From positions 1,444,618 through 1,508,617 of the forward strand of contig NW_004797325.1 in NCBI RefSeq assembly GCF_000002075.1: 64,000 nucleotides of DNA. Direction: 5' to 3'. Below the pieces are notes generated by a model that ran no database searches, had not been told where the DNA came from, and worked only from the letters and a program-made list of their open reading frames with translations. A program made the position numbers and the translations under genes. Shown in pieces: positions 12,592 to 26,600 of the stretch; the first letter of the stretch is position 1; every line of letters begins with the position of its first letter. Source of the DNA: Aplysia californica (Eukaryota).

Positions 12592-15500
12592 GTGTGTATG
12601 TGTTTTGTGAGTGTGTGGTGTGTATTGTCTATTATTATTTTTGCTTCATGACATTTGGGTTATTAATTGTCAGTATAGTCTGGTGTATAAACCCTGTCAG
12701 CTTGATAATATGTAGTAATATTAAGATAGTAATAATATATAAAATGATGTTTTTGAAAAATGATAATAATGATAGTTTGTCCATCATGATGTTTTCATGC
12801 TGTTTCTTTTTCCTCATTTGTGTTCGTTTCTTAATACTCATTTCTTTCTGTGTCTTTTAAATATTTGACTGAGTCGTAAGGGTGTAATTGAATTAAAAGA
12901 AACCCATCTTAACCTGATACTGAAAATTCATATAATTACAAAAAAAGCTGGCTCCACAATTTGTGTTTGCTCTTGTAAATATAGAAATTCCCAATTCCTT
13001 ACTTTGCCAATTTTTGTTTTACTGTTGATGTTATTTACCTAGGTGTGTGTGGGATTTTATCCTATGTTGCGAAGTAATAGTTGCAGCTTTTGTGTAATTT
13101 GTTCCTTGCAACCTATTCTGAGGGTGGTTGGAGGTTGTCACTGGTAGGTCCTACTTTTTTCTTTCTCTCTTTTCTTTCTGTCTACCTCTCGCTCTTTTCT
13201 TCCAGCCAAATGAGTATTATTGTGCCTGTGTGCTAATGTTTAATCAAACTCAAAAAATCTATTTTCTATGTCTAGGAAAAGGGTAGCTCTAAAAAGTCTT
13301 TGATACTTTCATCGATTACCATGTGTGACATAAAATTTGTTCTTTTCTTTTATTTGGTAAAAATTCCATTGATCTTATTTACTGGTTTGTGTATGGCTGT
13401 GAAGGTGCAAATAATCCCTCTTCTCAACTGTTCTGCAGAATTATGAGCAGGAAGCAAACAACATTCCATTTGCCCCGGACAACTACATGCTACCAGAGAT
13501 TTCTGACACGTTCTCAGTGATAAAAGGGTTGCAAAGGGTAGGTAGTGTTTGCTTTTGCTTCATCATCATCATCATTCACCTCTTTCACCCTGGTTTTGGA
13601 TATAGACTGCCAAAAAGAGCTCTCCTCCTGTCTCTGTTCCAGGCTATCTTCCTTACTACCAGTCAGCTGTGTCTCATATGCCCGAGATCTGCCTCTAGAT
13701 CTCTCTCTCAGGTGGATATCGGCTTTAAGGCTTTGTCTTGCCTTTGCATAGTCAGTAGCATTTTTTGTCCCTGAAACGTTTTCTCCCACTTCATGTCTTG
13801 CTTTATTTAGTTGTCTTTGGTGAAGCACTCTGGAGATAATAGAACTTTCAAGTTAACGTTATTTGTTAAATAGCATTTGTGAGGCAGCGTGGTGGAATCA
13901 GGCTCTCGTCAAAATAATCAAAGTGAAGAAACTTGCATTTTTCCGCAGGTTTGTGAATTTTTATCAAATTTTTGTTTTTAGGCTCAACACCTTTCATGCC
14001 CATTTAGAACTCATTTCTGTACAGATTTTTCTTAAAAATGTTGATTAAACCCACAAAAAATGTAAATTTTCAGTTTCCACGGACTCTTAAGCTGAGGAAA
14101 TAACCAATCTTTGGCGGCCATTTTCTCACTAATTTTACCTCTGAAAACAGGTGGTCCCCACCTCTTTCATTCGCAAATATCTCGACTTGTACTCAAGATA
14201 AATGGATACTTTTTCCATTGAAATAAAGACAAATGAACAAGCTTTAAGATGACACCAATAACTGTACATGCCCAAAAATTGATGAGAGCCTGATTCCACC
14301 ATGCTGCCTCACATTTACTTATGGTTTTCAAAAATAGAATTATAAAAATAGATTTCAGCTTTCTGAGTTTCTTTTGATTTAAGCCCATCTATTAAAATGG
14401 CATGTGTCTATTTTCTTCTTTTTTTCCCCCAAAAGATGTAGTCAGACACCAATGAGTTTAACTCATTCAGAAGGTAATTTTTTTTCAGTAATTAATTTTT
14501 GACCCTGCACATCATTTTGACGGTATGGAAATCAAATGTCTTTTACAGATGACATAGTAAACATTGTAGTGGTAGTTATATATCACAGAAAAAAGTATTT
14601 GAATGTTGATGTTACTGATGTTATAAAAGTAATAGAATGGAAATAACGAAACAAACTCTGTTCATATTGCCAATATTTTGGCTATATTACCAAATGTGTT
14701 TTCTGGAAGTCACGGATATATCACCGATACGCCTGAGAAGAGTTAAATCAGTAGTTTCAAACTCAAATTGCCTGGGGGCTGCAGGAGGTAGAGTCTGGGT
14801 GAGCCTGGGACACATCAAGCATTCCAAGAAAGAAACAAAAAAGTTTCGCGTATAAAAAAAAGTACAATTTTAAAATCGTATTTACACTTGTCATTGTCAA
14901 CAAACATCTCCAGAAGCTAGGAGAAACCTGAGCTATGGTACCCCATTAAGTAGTTCATTAATGATTCTTTTTTAAAATATAAAAATCCAGGGCAACACCC
15001 GGGCAAAAAGGGAGAAAAACTTACAGGCTGCACCGATGCTAAACTTTGATGTTAATAATGAGCTGCAAAATATAATTCTGCAGGCTTCAATTAAACGAGG
15101 GGTTGTGAGTTTGAGCCCCCTGGTTTAATTTTTTTTTCTTCATTCATCACAGGATGTGGAGCAGGCAAAGATTTGTATCCAGAGTATATCTGAGGAGTTT
15201 GGGGAGGAGAGTTCTGACTTGCCTTCTATGTTGCCGGGTGAGTAAATATCTGAGGCATCACGATGGAATCAGGAGCTCATCAAAATAATGAAATCAAAGA
15301 AGCCAGCATTTTTCTGGTCCTTGGGCAATTAAAAATTTTTTTTTTTTTAGCTCACTACCTTTCATGTCCAGTAAAAAAAAAAATTTCTTTCTGGGTTTTA
15401 CTGAAAAACATTGATCAAAGGTGCAAAAAAATGTAAATTTGCAGTTTACAAGGAAACTTAAACTTTTGAGGTTACCAAACTTTGGTGGCCATTTTCTCGC

Positions 15501-18500
15501 TAATTTACTACCGCAGACATCAGGTGACCCCTGCCTCCTTCATTGGCAAATATTTCAATTTCTATTTCAGATAGATTTGTATCCTTTTCATTAAAAGCGA
15601 GGCAAATGAACAGGCTGTAAGATTACACCAATAACTTGATATGCCCAAAAATTGACATGTGCCTGATTCCACAACACTGCTACACATATGTGAGGCAGCA
15701 TGGTGAAATTAGGTGCTCGTCCAAATGATGAAATTTAAGAAATCAGCATTTTTCCTTGAGTTTGGCAATCTTTATCGAATTTTGTTTTTTGGCTCCCCAC
15801 CTTTTATGTCCATTTAAAAACACATTTCTGTGTGGACTTTACTGAAAAATGTTGATTAAATGTATATAAAAATGTAGATTTTCAGTTTCCAAGGACTCTC
15901 AAGCTATGGAATTTACTAAACTTTGCTGCCACTTGTATCACTAAAAAGATACAGTCACTCAGTCACTTAAAAGATATTGTCGCTCATAAGATGTGGTCAC
16001 TGAAAATAACAGTCACTCTAAAGATATTGTTGCTCAAGAGATGTGGTCACTCAAAAGATGCAGTCACTCGAACGATATCGTTGCTCAAAAGACATAGTCA
16101 AAAAATTGTTTTTCTTTTTTCTTTTTGTAAACATGATATCACTAATGTCACCTCAGTGGTCACACCGGCACATGTGGTTTGTAGTGGAAAGACCTTTTGA
16201 CGTTGCCCTCAGACAAGACGTGAATTAGATGTCTGTGTGAAGAAAATTTTTATCGAGCATCTATGTCTTTCTGCTGGACCGTTGTATTCCTCTCAGCCGG
16301 AATTGGCCCTGACTGGCAGGACTGAAACAGCTTTCCTCTTAAAGGATCTAAATTGCGTTGATAGGGGAGTAAAACACTTGCACTTACAATTACTGCTACA
16401 ATCTGTTGTCACTCTCTCAGAAAGTATCGTCAACAACTTTGCCAGACTATTCTCAAGTTCTCTGTCCCCTCAGTCAATGGTGTTGTCGGTTGGTCTAGTG
16501 CTTAGGATATCTCAGACTCACAGCTGGGGGCTCTCTTGGCCTAGAGGTTAAGGTGTTCGCCTCTCATTCAGTAGGTCCCGGGTTCGAATCCTAGTAGCTA
16601 CTAAAAAATTTCTTCTCTAAAATTGTCTCCTTTCACGTCCTTTCCCGCTCTCTAACAATGTTCTGTCGTCTGCTTTTGTCTCTACTTTCTGCCCCCACCA
16701 CCTCACTTCCTTTGCCCCCTCCTCTGGGCTCCTGACTCTTTCTGCAGCCTTTCTACTGCTACTCCTTGGCTCCTCCTTACTGCTGTTTTTCAGCCACACC
16801 CTGATTTTATAGTAGGAAAGATCCAAACCTAGCCAGCTTGGACAAGGGCGAAAAATCTCGGAGGTCTCGTGTGCAAATTGGGCACATTAAAGATCCCTTG
16901 GTGGTCTAAAAGCGATAAGAGTAGACTTCGGCTGCTACCCGGGCAAAATTCAAAATTTCATACCAACTGAAAATATTTATTGTGTCCCGCGCACTCATAT
17001 GACCTCATGCAGTTGCGAGTGCCGTTAAACACTTATCAACCCCCCCTCCCCGAAAAACTCAGCTGCAATGTTATGGGTTCATATCCCATCAGGTGTCTGA
17101 GATTATGTCTTTGGGGGAAAGGTACTTTACACAAATTTTCCCCATTTCACCCAAGTGAGAATGGGTACATGACAGTGAAAGATTTCATTAATTTTATTAA
17201 GTATTCTAGTGTGTGTAAACTGTAGCTTGCACTGTATGCTTCCCAGGAAGCCAGGAATGTTCTTGAGTGGTGCGGGGTCTGCTGGGGTAATAATAGTTGT
17301 AAAGTGCATAGAGCATGCTATAGTGTGTAGATGTATGCTATATAAATGATGACCATCATCATCATTATTATTTATTATTTATTATTAGTAGTATTATTAT
17401 TACTATTATCATCAATATCATCATCATTATTATTATTATCATTACTATTATTGCAATTGTTATTATTTTGGTCATAATTATGATTATGATTATAATTATT
17501 TTGACTAACTCTGTTGTGCTTCCTTCAGACCAACTGCTCAATGCAAAGAATGTATTGGAAGGGGCAGCAATTGACGCTACGTGGGACGAGCAGATGGAGG
17601 TAGTGGCTGCTAAGGCCAGTCTGCAATGGACAGAGGCCACCATAAACAGTCACATCGAAAGTATGATTGCCAACGACGCCGAGTCCCATGAGATGAGACA
17701 AGTAGGTCGTTTTATGATTTCAATGGGGGGGGTTTTTTTTACAGAGGCTTTAAATATTTCGATGGATTTTTTTAGAGGAGACTTTTGAGATTTAAATAGA
17801 TTTATTTAAGAGATTTTGGAAGATCTTAAATGGGTTTATTTCGAGGACTTTCAAGATATCGATATATAGAAAAAACCCAAAGACTTTCAAGATTTCAGTT
17901 TAAATGAGTCTTTAACCCCATTAGTGGCAAGTGCCCATGAGATCAGAGCTCTCTTTGTCACCAGACTGTCACTGCCGGTAACATCGGAAATATCAATGCT
18001 GAACGAAAGTGCACTAATCTTAAAAAGGACTTCCTGTAGTTTGAACTCTCTTTTGAGCCAGAGGAACAAAGAAGATTGTCGTTTAGATATTTACCTTTGA
18101 ATCATTGGCAGCTGCGACTCTGCAAATCAATGAAAATGGCTTTGTCGGGTCCTCGGCAGCTTCTGAAAACAGTCTTTGTGAACCCTGGAAACACCATTTC
18201 TGAACGAAAGTGCTCTAATCTTAAAAAGGACTTCTTGTAATTATTAGAACTCTTTATGAGCCTGGGGAACACATTTGCTAGTTTTCTCCACTTTTTCTGT
18301 GTCTTTTGTTCAATTCAAAAGTTCAAAGTTCTCTTTCTCTCAAGTGTGTCTTCAGAGAGTCTGGTATAGCTGAAAATAGATCCCCTGAAACCTTACAAGG
18401 GAGTCTGCCTTCGAAATGACCTACTTGTGTATAGTTGTAGTATGGCATTAAACTCTCTCAAAAACAGAGTAAAATAAGTTGCTTTTCGTGTCAGAAATTT

Positions 18501-21500
18501 TTTATCATCGATGTAGCTCAGTTTATGGGAGTGCAAATGTTCCTCATAATTTACAGAACGGCGCAATTGCACTGTATGTTTTAACGATCGATTAATTGCG
18601 TGATAATCTTCAGATTGCGATGCGCGTTTTAAAGATCGTATAATTGTATTGTTCTTGTGAGCTCTTCAGTTCATATCTTAATTTTGATTTTAATTTTCAT
18701 ATTTTTACCCTTTTGAAAATATACAGTCAAACCTGCCCTGACGACCACCTCTATAAGACAGCCACCTGTACAAACGGGCACTTTCCATTTCCCCCCTTGC
18801 GTTTTTTCGATATAATTTAACTGTGTAAAATGGGCACCTGTCCGCCGCAGCCACCATAATTTAACACACAACCCCCTATCACACTAAGCAATAACACCTG
18901 TCTTAGACGGCCACCTTAGTGACTCCATTACGTTTTGTCATAAATTGTGCATTGGCCCCTGGCGTTGTGGGCGAGCCGTCATAATTCAATCACCTGTCAT
19001 TGTTGTTAGGTAGTCCCTCCAATCGATCATGTTGTGTAGGCCCCTCCCACTGTTGATCAATAGCTACCATTTTTCAGCTGCTGGTGAGGTAAGCGTGTGA
19101 TCCCTCATAACCCATAAGCCCCGCCCAGAACTCATACACAAATCGTAAGTGAGATGAGTGGTCACTGTTTACCCAGTCTGTAACAAAGTAACAAAAGACG
19201 CCAACATGAACTTGTGACAGAAGCGTCGCTCGTTCTCCGAGTAGTGGCGACCCCTGTGTTTGTTTTACCATGTCATTCAGTCTTCCTTGTCTGATACATT
19301 TCGTTTTATTGTCACCCTTGTGCAAAATCAGCAACAACAAAAATTACAAACAAAATACAAACCAACAACAGCAACAACAACAAAAACAACAACAATGCGG
19401 CTACTTTCGATTGGGACCTCAGATGGAAATAGTTTGTTTTCTTCATCTTGATCAGTCCTGCCTAAGACGGCCACCTGTCTTATACGGCCACTGTTCTCCT
19501 TGACAATGGGTGGCCGTCTTACACAGGTTTGACTGTACGTGAATGTTCCTTGATGTGAGTAAAAGAATAAAAATAGAAGTGAAGTGAACCTTGAGTTTGA
19601 TACTTGACATTGTATCATTCTTATGGACTCTTCAGAGATTTTTACACTTTTGAAAAAGTAATATGGATGTTCCTTGATGTGAATAAAGATGGAAGTGAAT
19701 TTTTTTAAAAATCATTTGAAAAATATAAAATATTAACGCAATCTTCAGATTGCTGCGCAATTATATAATCGTTAAAACGCGCAGCGCAATCTTAAGATTT
19801 CTGCGCAATTATACGATCATGAAAATGCGCTGCGCAGTCTTAGCCAATCGGTTAAATGTGTGGAAAATATACACTTTCAATTACAAATTTTTGAAAATCG
19901 ATATATACTGCAACTTAAATAGGAATAGTGCCTATTGATGAGCTGAGGATACCCACTGCACAGTGCCAAATGGAACCTTCAGACGGAGTCCAGAGCCAGA
20001 TAGCCAGATTTTCCTTCATGGATGTGGCAAAAACTATCATTTTGGCATAATACGACCAATTTAACTCGCAACCTTGAATAAAGCAAATGCGTTTAATTTG
20101 AAGGTTAGAGTTAAATTTGGTCGTATTTTGTCAACATGGTAGCTTTTGCTCGATTCATGAAGGGAAAATCTGGCTGGTCTTAACTTAGTAAGATGTGTTT
20201 AATTGGCAGTGTGCACTGAGAATAAAGGATACCAATGCAAATCTCTTCATTATAAGTGTTGAAAGTTTTCCCAAAATATTTTCCTTGCATTTTCAGAGAG
20301 TGATGAGAATCCTGCAGAGAACGGTGGAGCAGCTGGATCAGTTGCTGTCTGGCCTGGAGAAGGAGGTGTCAGAGTGGCGGGAGGCCGAGGCGAGAGCGAG
20401 TGTCAAGACGGGCCCAGATATCTCTCCGGTAGTCGTCAACCAAAAGTAAGTTCTCTACTGGAAATTCAGATCCTGTTTGGATCGATACCAAAGGGTGAAA
20501 TCTTGGAACTGGAAGTTAGGGTTGTACTGTTGAACTTGTCTAAGATGGTCAGCCATTGTGGAGGAGTAATGTGGTAGTCTTTGACTGGTGGCTGTCTTAC
20601 GCAAAGTCAGTAAACTTTAAAAAAAATACAAATGTGAAATGGGAAGTGGTTGTTTGTACAGGTAACCGTCTTATGTAGGTGGCCGTAAGTGCAAGTTCAA
20701 CTGTATTTGAATGTATACCAACTGGTGAAAGCTTACAAATGGAAATTAAGATTGATCTTGGTCAATGCCCGAGGGTTAAAGCTTACGACTCGAAATTAGG
20801 GATGTATTTTGGTTGATGTCGAAGGGAGAAAGCTCAAAAGATAATAAGTTCACATTTTAAGTTGCACTCCTTGAGCAGGGGTACAATTATATCAACTCTT
20901 TTTCTGATAGATGGATGGGTGGACCAATCAACAAGTAGACGTAAATGTGCTTGGATTTTTTTTAGAACAATGTTGACAATTTAAAGAAGTTGCTTGTCTA
21001 TGTAAATGTGTGTATTATTTTTTTTTTTCTCGAATGGATTAGTGGGTAAATCGACAAGTATAAATATAAATGTGTGTATTTTAAAAAATAGCAATGCCAA
21101 TATTTTAAAGGAATTTGCTAGTCAATATAAATGTGTTTACCTGGGTTTTTAAAAAAATGATAATGATAGATTGCATTTATATAGCTCTTTATCCTGTACA
21201 AGTATAAGCACTGAGCGCTTTATCGATGATATGATTACTGAGAGTAAACCTCACACACGCCAAAAAACAAAACAAAAACAGCCCCATTTCATATGCACAA
21301 GAAAACAAATTCAACCACATCTAAGAAAGAACTCTCTCTGCCATGTGTTGACTATGTGCACATAAGGACAGCAGTGAAAACGAGACACATCAGCACCTGC
21401 CAACAAACTCTAACTCAGAATTAAACAAATGAGTCTTAAGCAACCTTTTAATCGACATCTACAGTTTCAAAGAATTTGCCCATCTGCTGGAAGCCCTGGA

Positions 21501-23640
21501 CCGGGTGTTTCACAAAATGCATGAGTCTCCGGGGATGAGTGCAGGGAGCAGTTCCTTCCCCGGTCAACTGGCGGCCCTTCACAGGTCCTTCAAGCTAGCT
21601 GAGAACAGGTTCTTCTCAAGGTAAAATGAAATTGCCATTGTAGACGCGAGGGGTGCTGACAAAATCAGCTACTTTTTGCAATTCGTAGATGGAGATTTTG
21701 GCTGAAAATCAACTCAGGGATCAAATGTGTAGATTGTCAACTGATGGCATGTTCTGGAAGTTTAATATGTTTTTTATATCATTTCATACCAATAGATTGT
21801 AAAAACTGAAGCTATAAATTTGACATATCTTTGTCCCAGGGATAAAATCCGAGAAGTACAGAGTGATTGAAAAAACCCAACTATACAACTTTTTTGGTAA
21901 ATATTTTCCTTCACACTGAAGTTTTGCATTTCAAATGTGTACACAACATTTGGAAGTCAAAAGGAATTTGTCTGATATTCCATTTAGATAAATCCACAGA
22001 ATAGTTTTGCTCTACATAGCGTATAAAAAAAACAACCCATATTCAGCTATGTCCCAAATTTTTTTTAGCATGACGCACTAGTTTGCATTAGGCCTACCAT
22101 TAAAAGTCCCAACGATCGTAGCATATTGCCAGCTACAGGCCAACAGAAGTTTGCACATAGTTTTTATCAAGTTTCCTTTCCTGCTGAGATCATGGTTAAG
22201 ATTAGTAACTAGCAGAGAGTGTTTTGTATTGGATATTTCCTCACCGCCAACTCATTTCGTAAGTTTCGCTCAAGGTACGTTAACAATGTTAAAGTGCCCT
22301 CAATGCCTTTTTTGATGTCAAGGGTGGAAATGGTCCATCAGTTAGGACCTGTAGAGAATCAGAACAAAAAATTTCCGAGACAAAACAACCACTTCAGATG
22401 AAACACACACCTTTCGCAACCCTTTAAACGTCATCATGGTGCAGAATTCGGAAGATGACTCCCATGAGACGTCTGTCTGTAGACAATGTCTGCAGCAAAG
22501 GCTTTCCTACATCTGAACGGTCCGCATCTTCAAGGCTGATCTTCATGTAGCATTTTTCTGTTCGTGAAGCTGGCATGAATCTGAGGGTAACAATGTGTTC
22601 ATGGTTCCTGGATTATCTTGAAAAGCGTGGACATTCCTCTATGACTTTTGATTCCTTGGCAAAGCCCATATTCACATTTCAGGATATATCAATTCCACAA
22701 AGGCCTATTTGGGCAACCTCACCCACCACCTTACTGTCTATAGAAGCTACTCCATATTGTAAAGTGTGCAGTGTGTGTAGGTTTGAGTACTCATGTTTGG
22801 GTGGATCTTTGTGTTTGGCCACCACTGAACATTACGAACGACGCGTTAAAATGTTACGAGTCCGTTGGAGGATTTATAGAGCTCTAGTTCTCAGAATTGT
22901 AAAATTAAATTGTTTTATTCTAAAAATCTGTAAGAGAAAAGAAAAATTATTGTTTAAATGTTACAGGGATGGAAAGATTAGATTTTAAAAAGAAAAGGAA
23001 GGGGAAAAAAACAAACAAACCATTTCATAACTCTCCTTAAATTACAAGATCTTTTAAATTGGTGCTTTTAGCGTTTATAGGTGTTTTTTTTATACAAGCC
23101 ATTTCCGTTAACGAAAACAAGTTTCTTCTTTATAAATTTTACGTTAAACAAATTTCTTTTGAATGAATTGTATATTTTCCAAATTACTACATTCTAGTAC
23201 AAATTTTGTGCGATATTCAGATAAAAAGTTGTACCGTTTTTGTTTTTTATCACCTGTAACTCATTTTGTCGACATGCCTCACAAATATTTTACACCGCCT
23301 CCTATGCCCGCTACTTTAGGAAAGGGAAAAGTGCCACTTTGGTGAGCCGTGGCATTAGTTCTCATTGCAAGATACCTACCATATTTTCCTGGACTTTGCT
23401 CTCTCTAACAAGCTAGCTACTTGCAGTGGTTTTATGGCGCTTGCAACACAGTTGGGTCATGTAAGAGCTGAAGATTAGAAATGTTACAAGAGAGTTAAAA
23501 AAGGAGAGATAAGGACGATAGCTATTTGATAGGAAAGTAGATGTAACGTCTCTTTCTCCTTCGATGGTAAAAATCATTGTTAGTTTATGATGGATTAAAA
23601 GTAAATTTTATTATTATTATTATTGTTATTATTAATTATT

Positions 23641-23681
<41 letters not shown>

Positions 23682-26600
23682 TATTAAAGTTATTGTTATG
23701 AATATTGTTATTACATTGCTATTGTTATTATTACATTGTCTCCATCAAAAACAGTTTAGATCACTTAAGATTGGCAGGCTGCTTCGACCACATTTCGAGC
23801 TGTGATTTTGTCATTGGCTGTTGTTTCAGTTTAATCTCCTTTCACATTGTAAGGTCATTAACCTTATCCGTTCCCCCTGGGGTCATTTTTTACCCCCGGG
23901 GTTGTATTCTTTACATTTAAGAATACTTATAGTGCGAAAAATTCTTTGAAACTGTCAGTATTTCTCAAAAAATAATTTTGACAGACTGCTATGCAAAGCG
24001 TATGGATCGGATTAACGAGTAAATTTCCTCTTTGGAAAGTGGTGGCACAGAGTTCCCCACTTCATATGGATACGATAGTAAAACATGACATACGGATAGA
24101 GTTAAAGAGGAAGGACCTCCAAATTATATGTCCGTCTCCGATAAGACCAAGCGAGATGGGTGAAGTGCCTTAAAAGCTCCCCAAAACAACCTAAGTTCAG
24201 AACACCCTGTTGGGGATTTGAACCAGGGCCGTCCACTCCATAGCCCAGCATAATACCAACTGAGCTAGCTGCGTGCCCCATGTGTGATATTATGACAATC
24301 TATTTGATGCAAAGGCATGATTTTTTCTATGTTCAAACATGGCTTACATTGATAATCATGTCTTTTTTAATAGTTTTATTAAGAGTTTTATGGAACTTGC
24401 AAATAAAACCCCCAAAACTAGGTCATGCATGTGCTGAATATTAGAGGTGTTACTAGAGAGTAACATACCAAGAAGAGAAGGAGGAAAGATAATTTTGATA
24501 GATGTTTGATGTGTAAAGAAGGAGTAAACCACCCGCAATGTCTTATCATGAAATATATTGCCACATTGTCAAGTCAATTTTCCTATATCTGCTATGTGGT
24601 TTTCTTTGTACCATCTTGCTACTCTGAGGCTGAATTAAAATACAGATTTGTGTATGTGTCTGTGTATGTTGGTTTTTTGTTGTTGGTTTTTTTGTGTTTG
24701 TATTTGTTTGTGTGTGTGAGTGTGTGTGTGTTTGTGAGTGTCTGTTATCTACTAAATATATGTGTGCATCTGTATGTGTGTGTGTGTCTTTGTTTGTATG
24801 TCTGTGTGTGTGTGGGTGTGTGTGTGTCTTGATGTATATGTGTGTATTGTGTGTGTATTTCTCTGTCTGTATGTGTGCATGTGTGTAAATTCATATCTCT
24901 TTGTTTGATTGTGAGTTTTCATTATTTTTAATTGGTTACTCTCTGATATTAGCTCTCTGTAATCCCCCTTCCCTCTTCACTCCTCCCCTTGCTCCTTCCC
25001 CCTCCATTCTCCTCCATCCCTTGCTCCCTCCATTTTCTCCCTCCACCCCCTCCCTCTTCACTCCCTCCACCTCTTGTTCCCTCCCCCCACCAGCGCTCTT
25101 GTTGTGAGCATACAGCTGAAAGACGTGATTGACATTGCGAACAAGGGGTCAAAAGATTCTGATGCGGACAAAGAGTCAAAGAAAGAGATGAAGTTCTGTT
25201 CCAACAAGAACCAAAACCTCCACACTGAAGTCAGGTAGGCCCTGTGTACTTGTATGGCATGTTTTTCACCTCTTTCATGTTATCTCTAGTCTTCGGCACT
25301 GATATGACTTATTATGTCGCAAGTACTGTAAAACAGATAAAAAGAGAAAATAATTAGTAATATTTACTGATGCTGAAATGTAATTTATATTTTTAGTAAT
25401 TCTCCCTCAGACTCAAATATAAAAGAATAGGTTACAAAATGTTTAATTACCTTCAGAGAGACTCATTGAAATCTACAAAAATAATAAATGTTTCTTAACA
25501 TTGGAAATGTCTGGTTGTTCTTCCTCAGAATTTTGGGTGGGGAATCATTTTCAGGACTCAATATCACTGACAGCAACATTGAGCTTGTTGCTGAGAGAGA
25601 TTTGGTTCGAATGGAGTCGGATGTCAAGCAAGAGGGCGGGAAAAAGTTCCTGAAGCTCCCTCCCGGTAAAGTGTTAGCGTCAGGGTTGATGGTGTCCATC
25701 GAGTGGAAAGATATCGAAGTCCAGAACTTTTCCCGAGTGGAGCAGAACACAGTGTACAAACAGTTTTTCAGGATGCGTTATTCCGTCACTGTGGAGGTGC
25801 ATGGGACTGAGTATAGACTGGAGGTGAGCACCTTACCGCTACTGGGTGGTTGGCGGGTGCTCTTGTGTGGTTTGCTCCTTCTTTCCTATCTAACATCTAT
25901 CGTCCTTATCTTTCTTCCTTCTTTTTGTGTTTGTCACTTCTTGTAACACCTCTATTCTTCGGCACTTGTAGGACCTTATTATGTTGCACGTGGCATATAA
26001 CTCTTTCTGAAACAAACAAAAAGTGGGTAGTTGGAGGGTGCACTGTTGTGGTTCACGCTTTCCTCCTTCTTTTTTGTGTTAATTACCCTCTTGTAGCACC
26101 TTAAATCTTGGGCACCTCTACGACCTGATTGTGTTGGTATTGTCGTATAACTCTTACTGAAACTAAACTACATCACAGACAGAGATGGAACTGGACTCGC
26201 GTCTTGTGAGTGCAACAATGATGGGCTTAGCTATTACACCACAGACGCTTACTGTCATCTGTTGAGATGTTGATTCCCCCCGGGGCAGTGCCACTAACTG
26301 TAGTGTCTTTAGGCCGTGCTCAAAGGGGGGACATTTCTCGTTCAAGCACAGTAGAATTGTAAATGGGCTGACTCATGTCACGTTCATAACTGTGCCTGAT
26401 CTACAACAGGGAACTGCTGCTTTTTTCTTTCCTGATCCTTACTATTGTCATTTTCCTCTACTTCTTTTGTATGTTTGTCACTCTCTTGTGCCTTGATAGT
26501 AGAAGCAGACCTTGTGCTTTGAAGCTAGATAGGTGAGCAGTCTCAGTCTGAGTCCCTGTAAAGACTTCTCTGTTGACACCCACCCCTTGGCGCTCATATG

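Noticed and set aside
16525-16600. tRNA gene (also tRNA-like heads near 5660-5725, 24210-24280, 33143, 36886, 44445, 56235 and 57265-57335)
   Set aside because: A and B boxes are present, but the cloverleaf stems are broken and several run directly into SINE bodies.
21650-23283. DNA transposon with gag...gacaaaat ends and a transposase remnant
   Set aside because: The terminal match is short and imperfect, with no clear TSD and no recognisable transposase motif.
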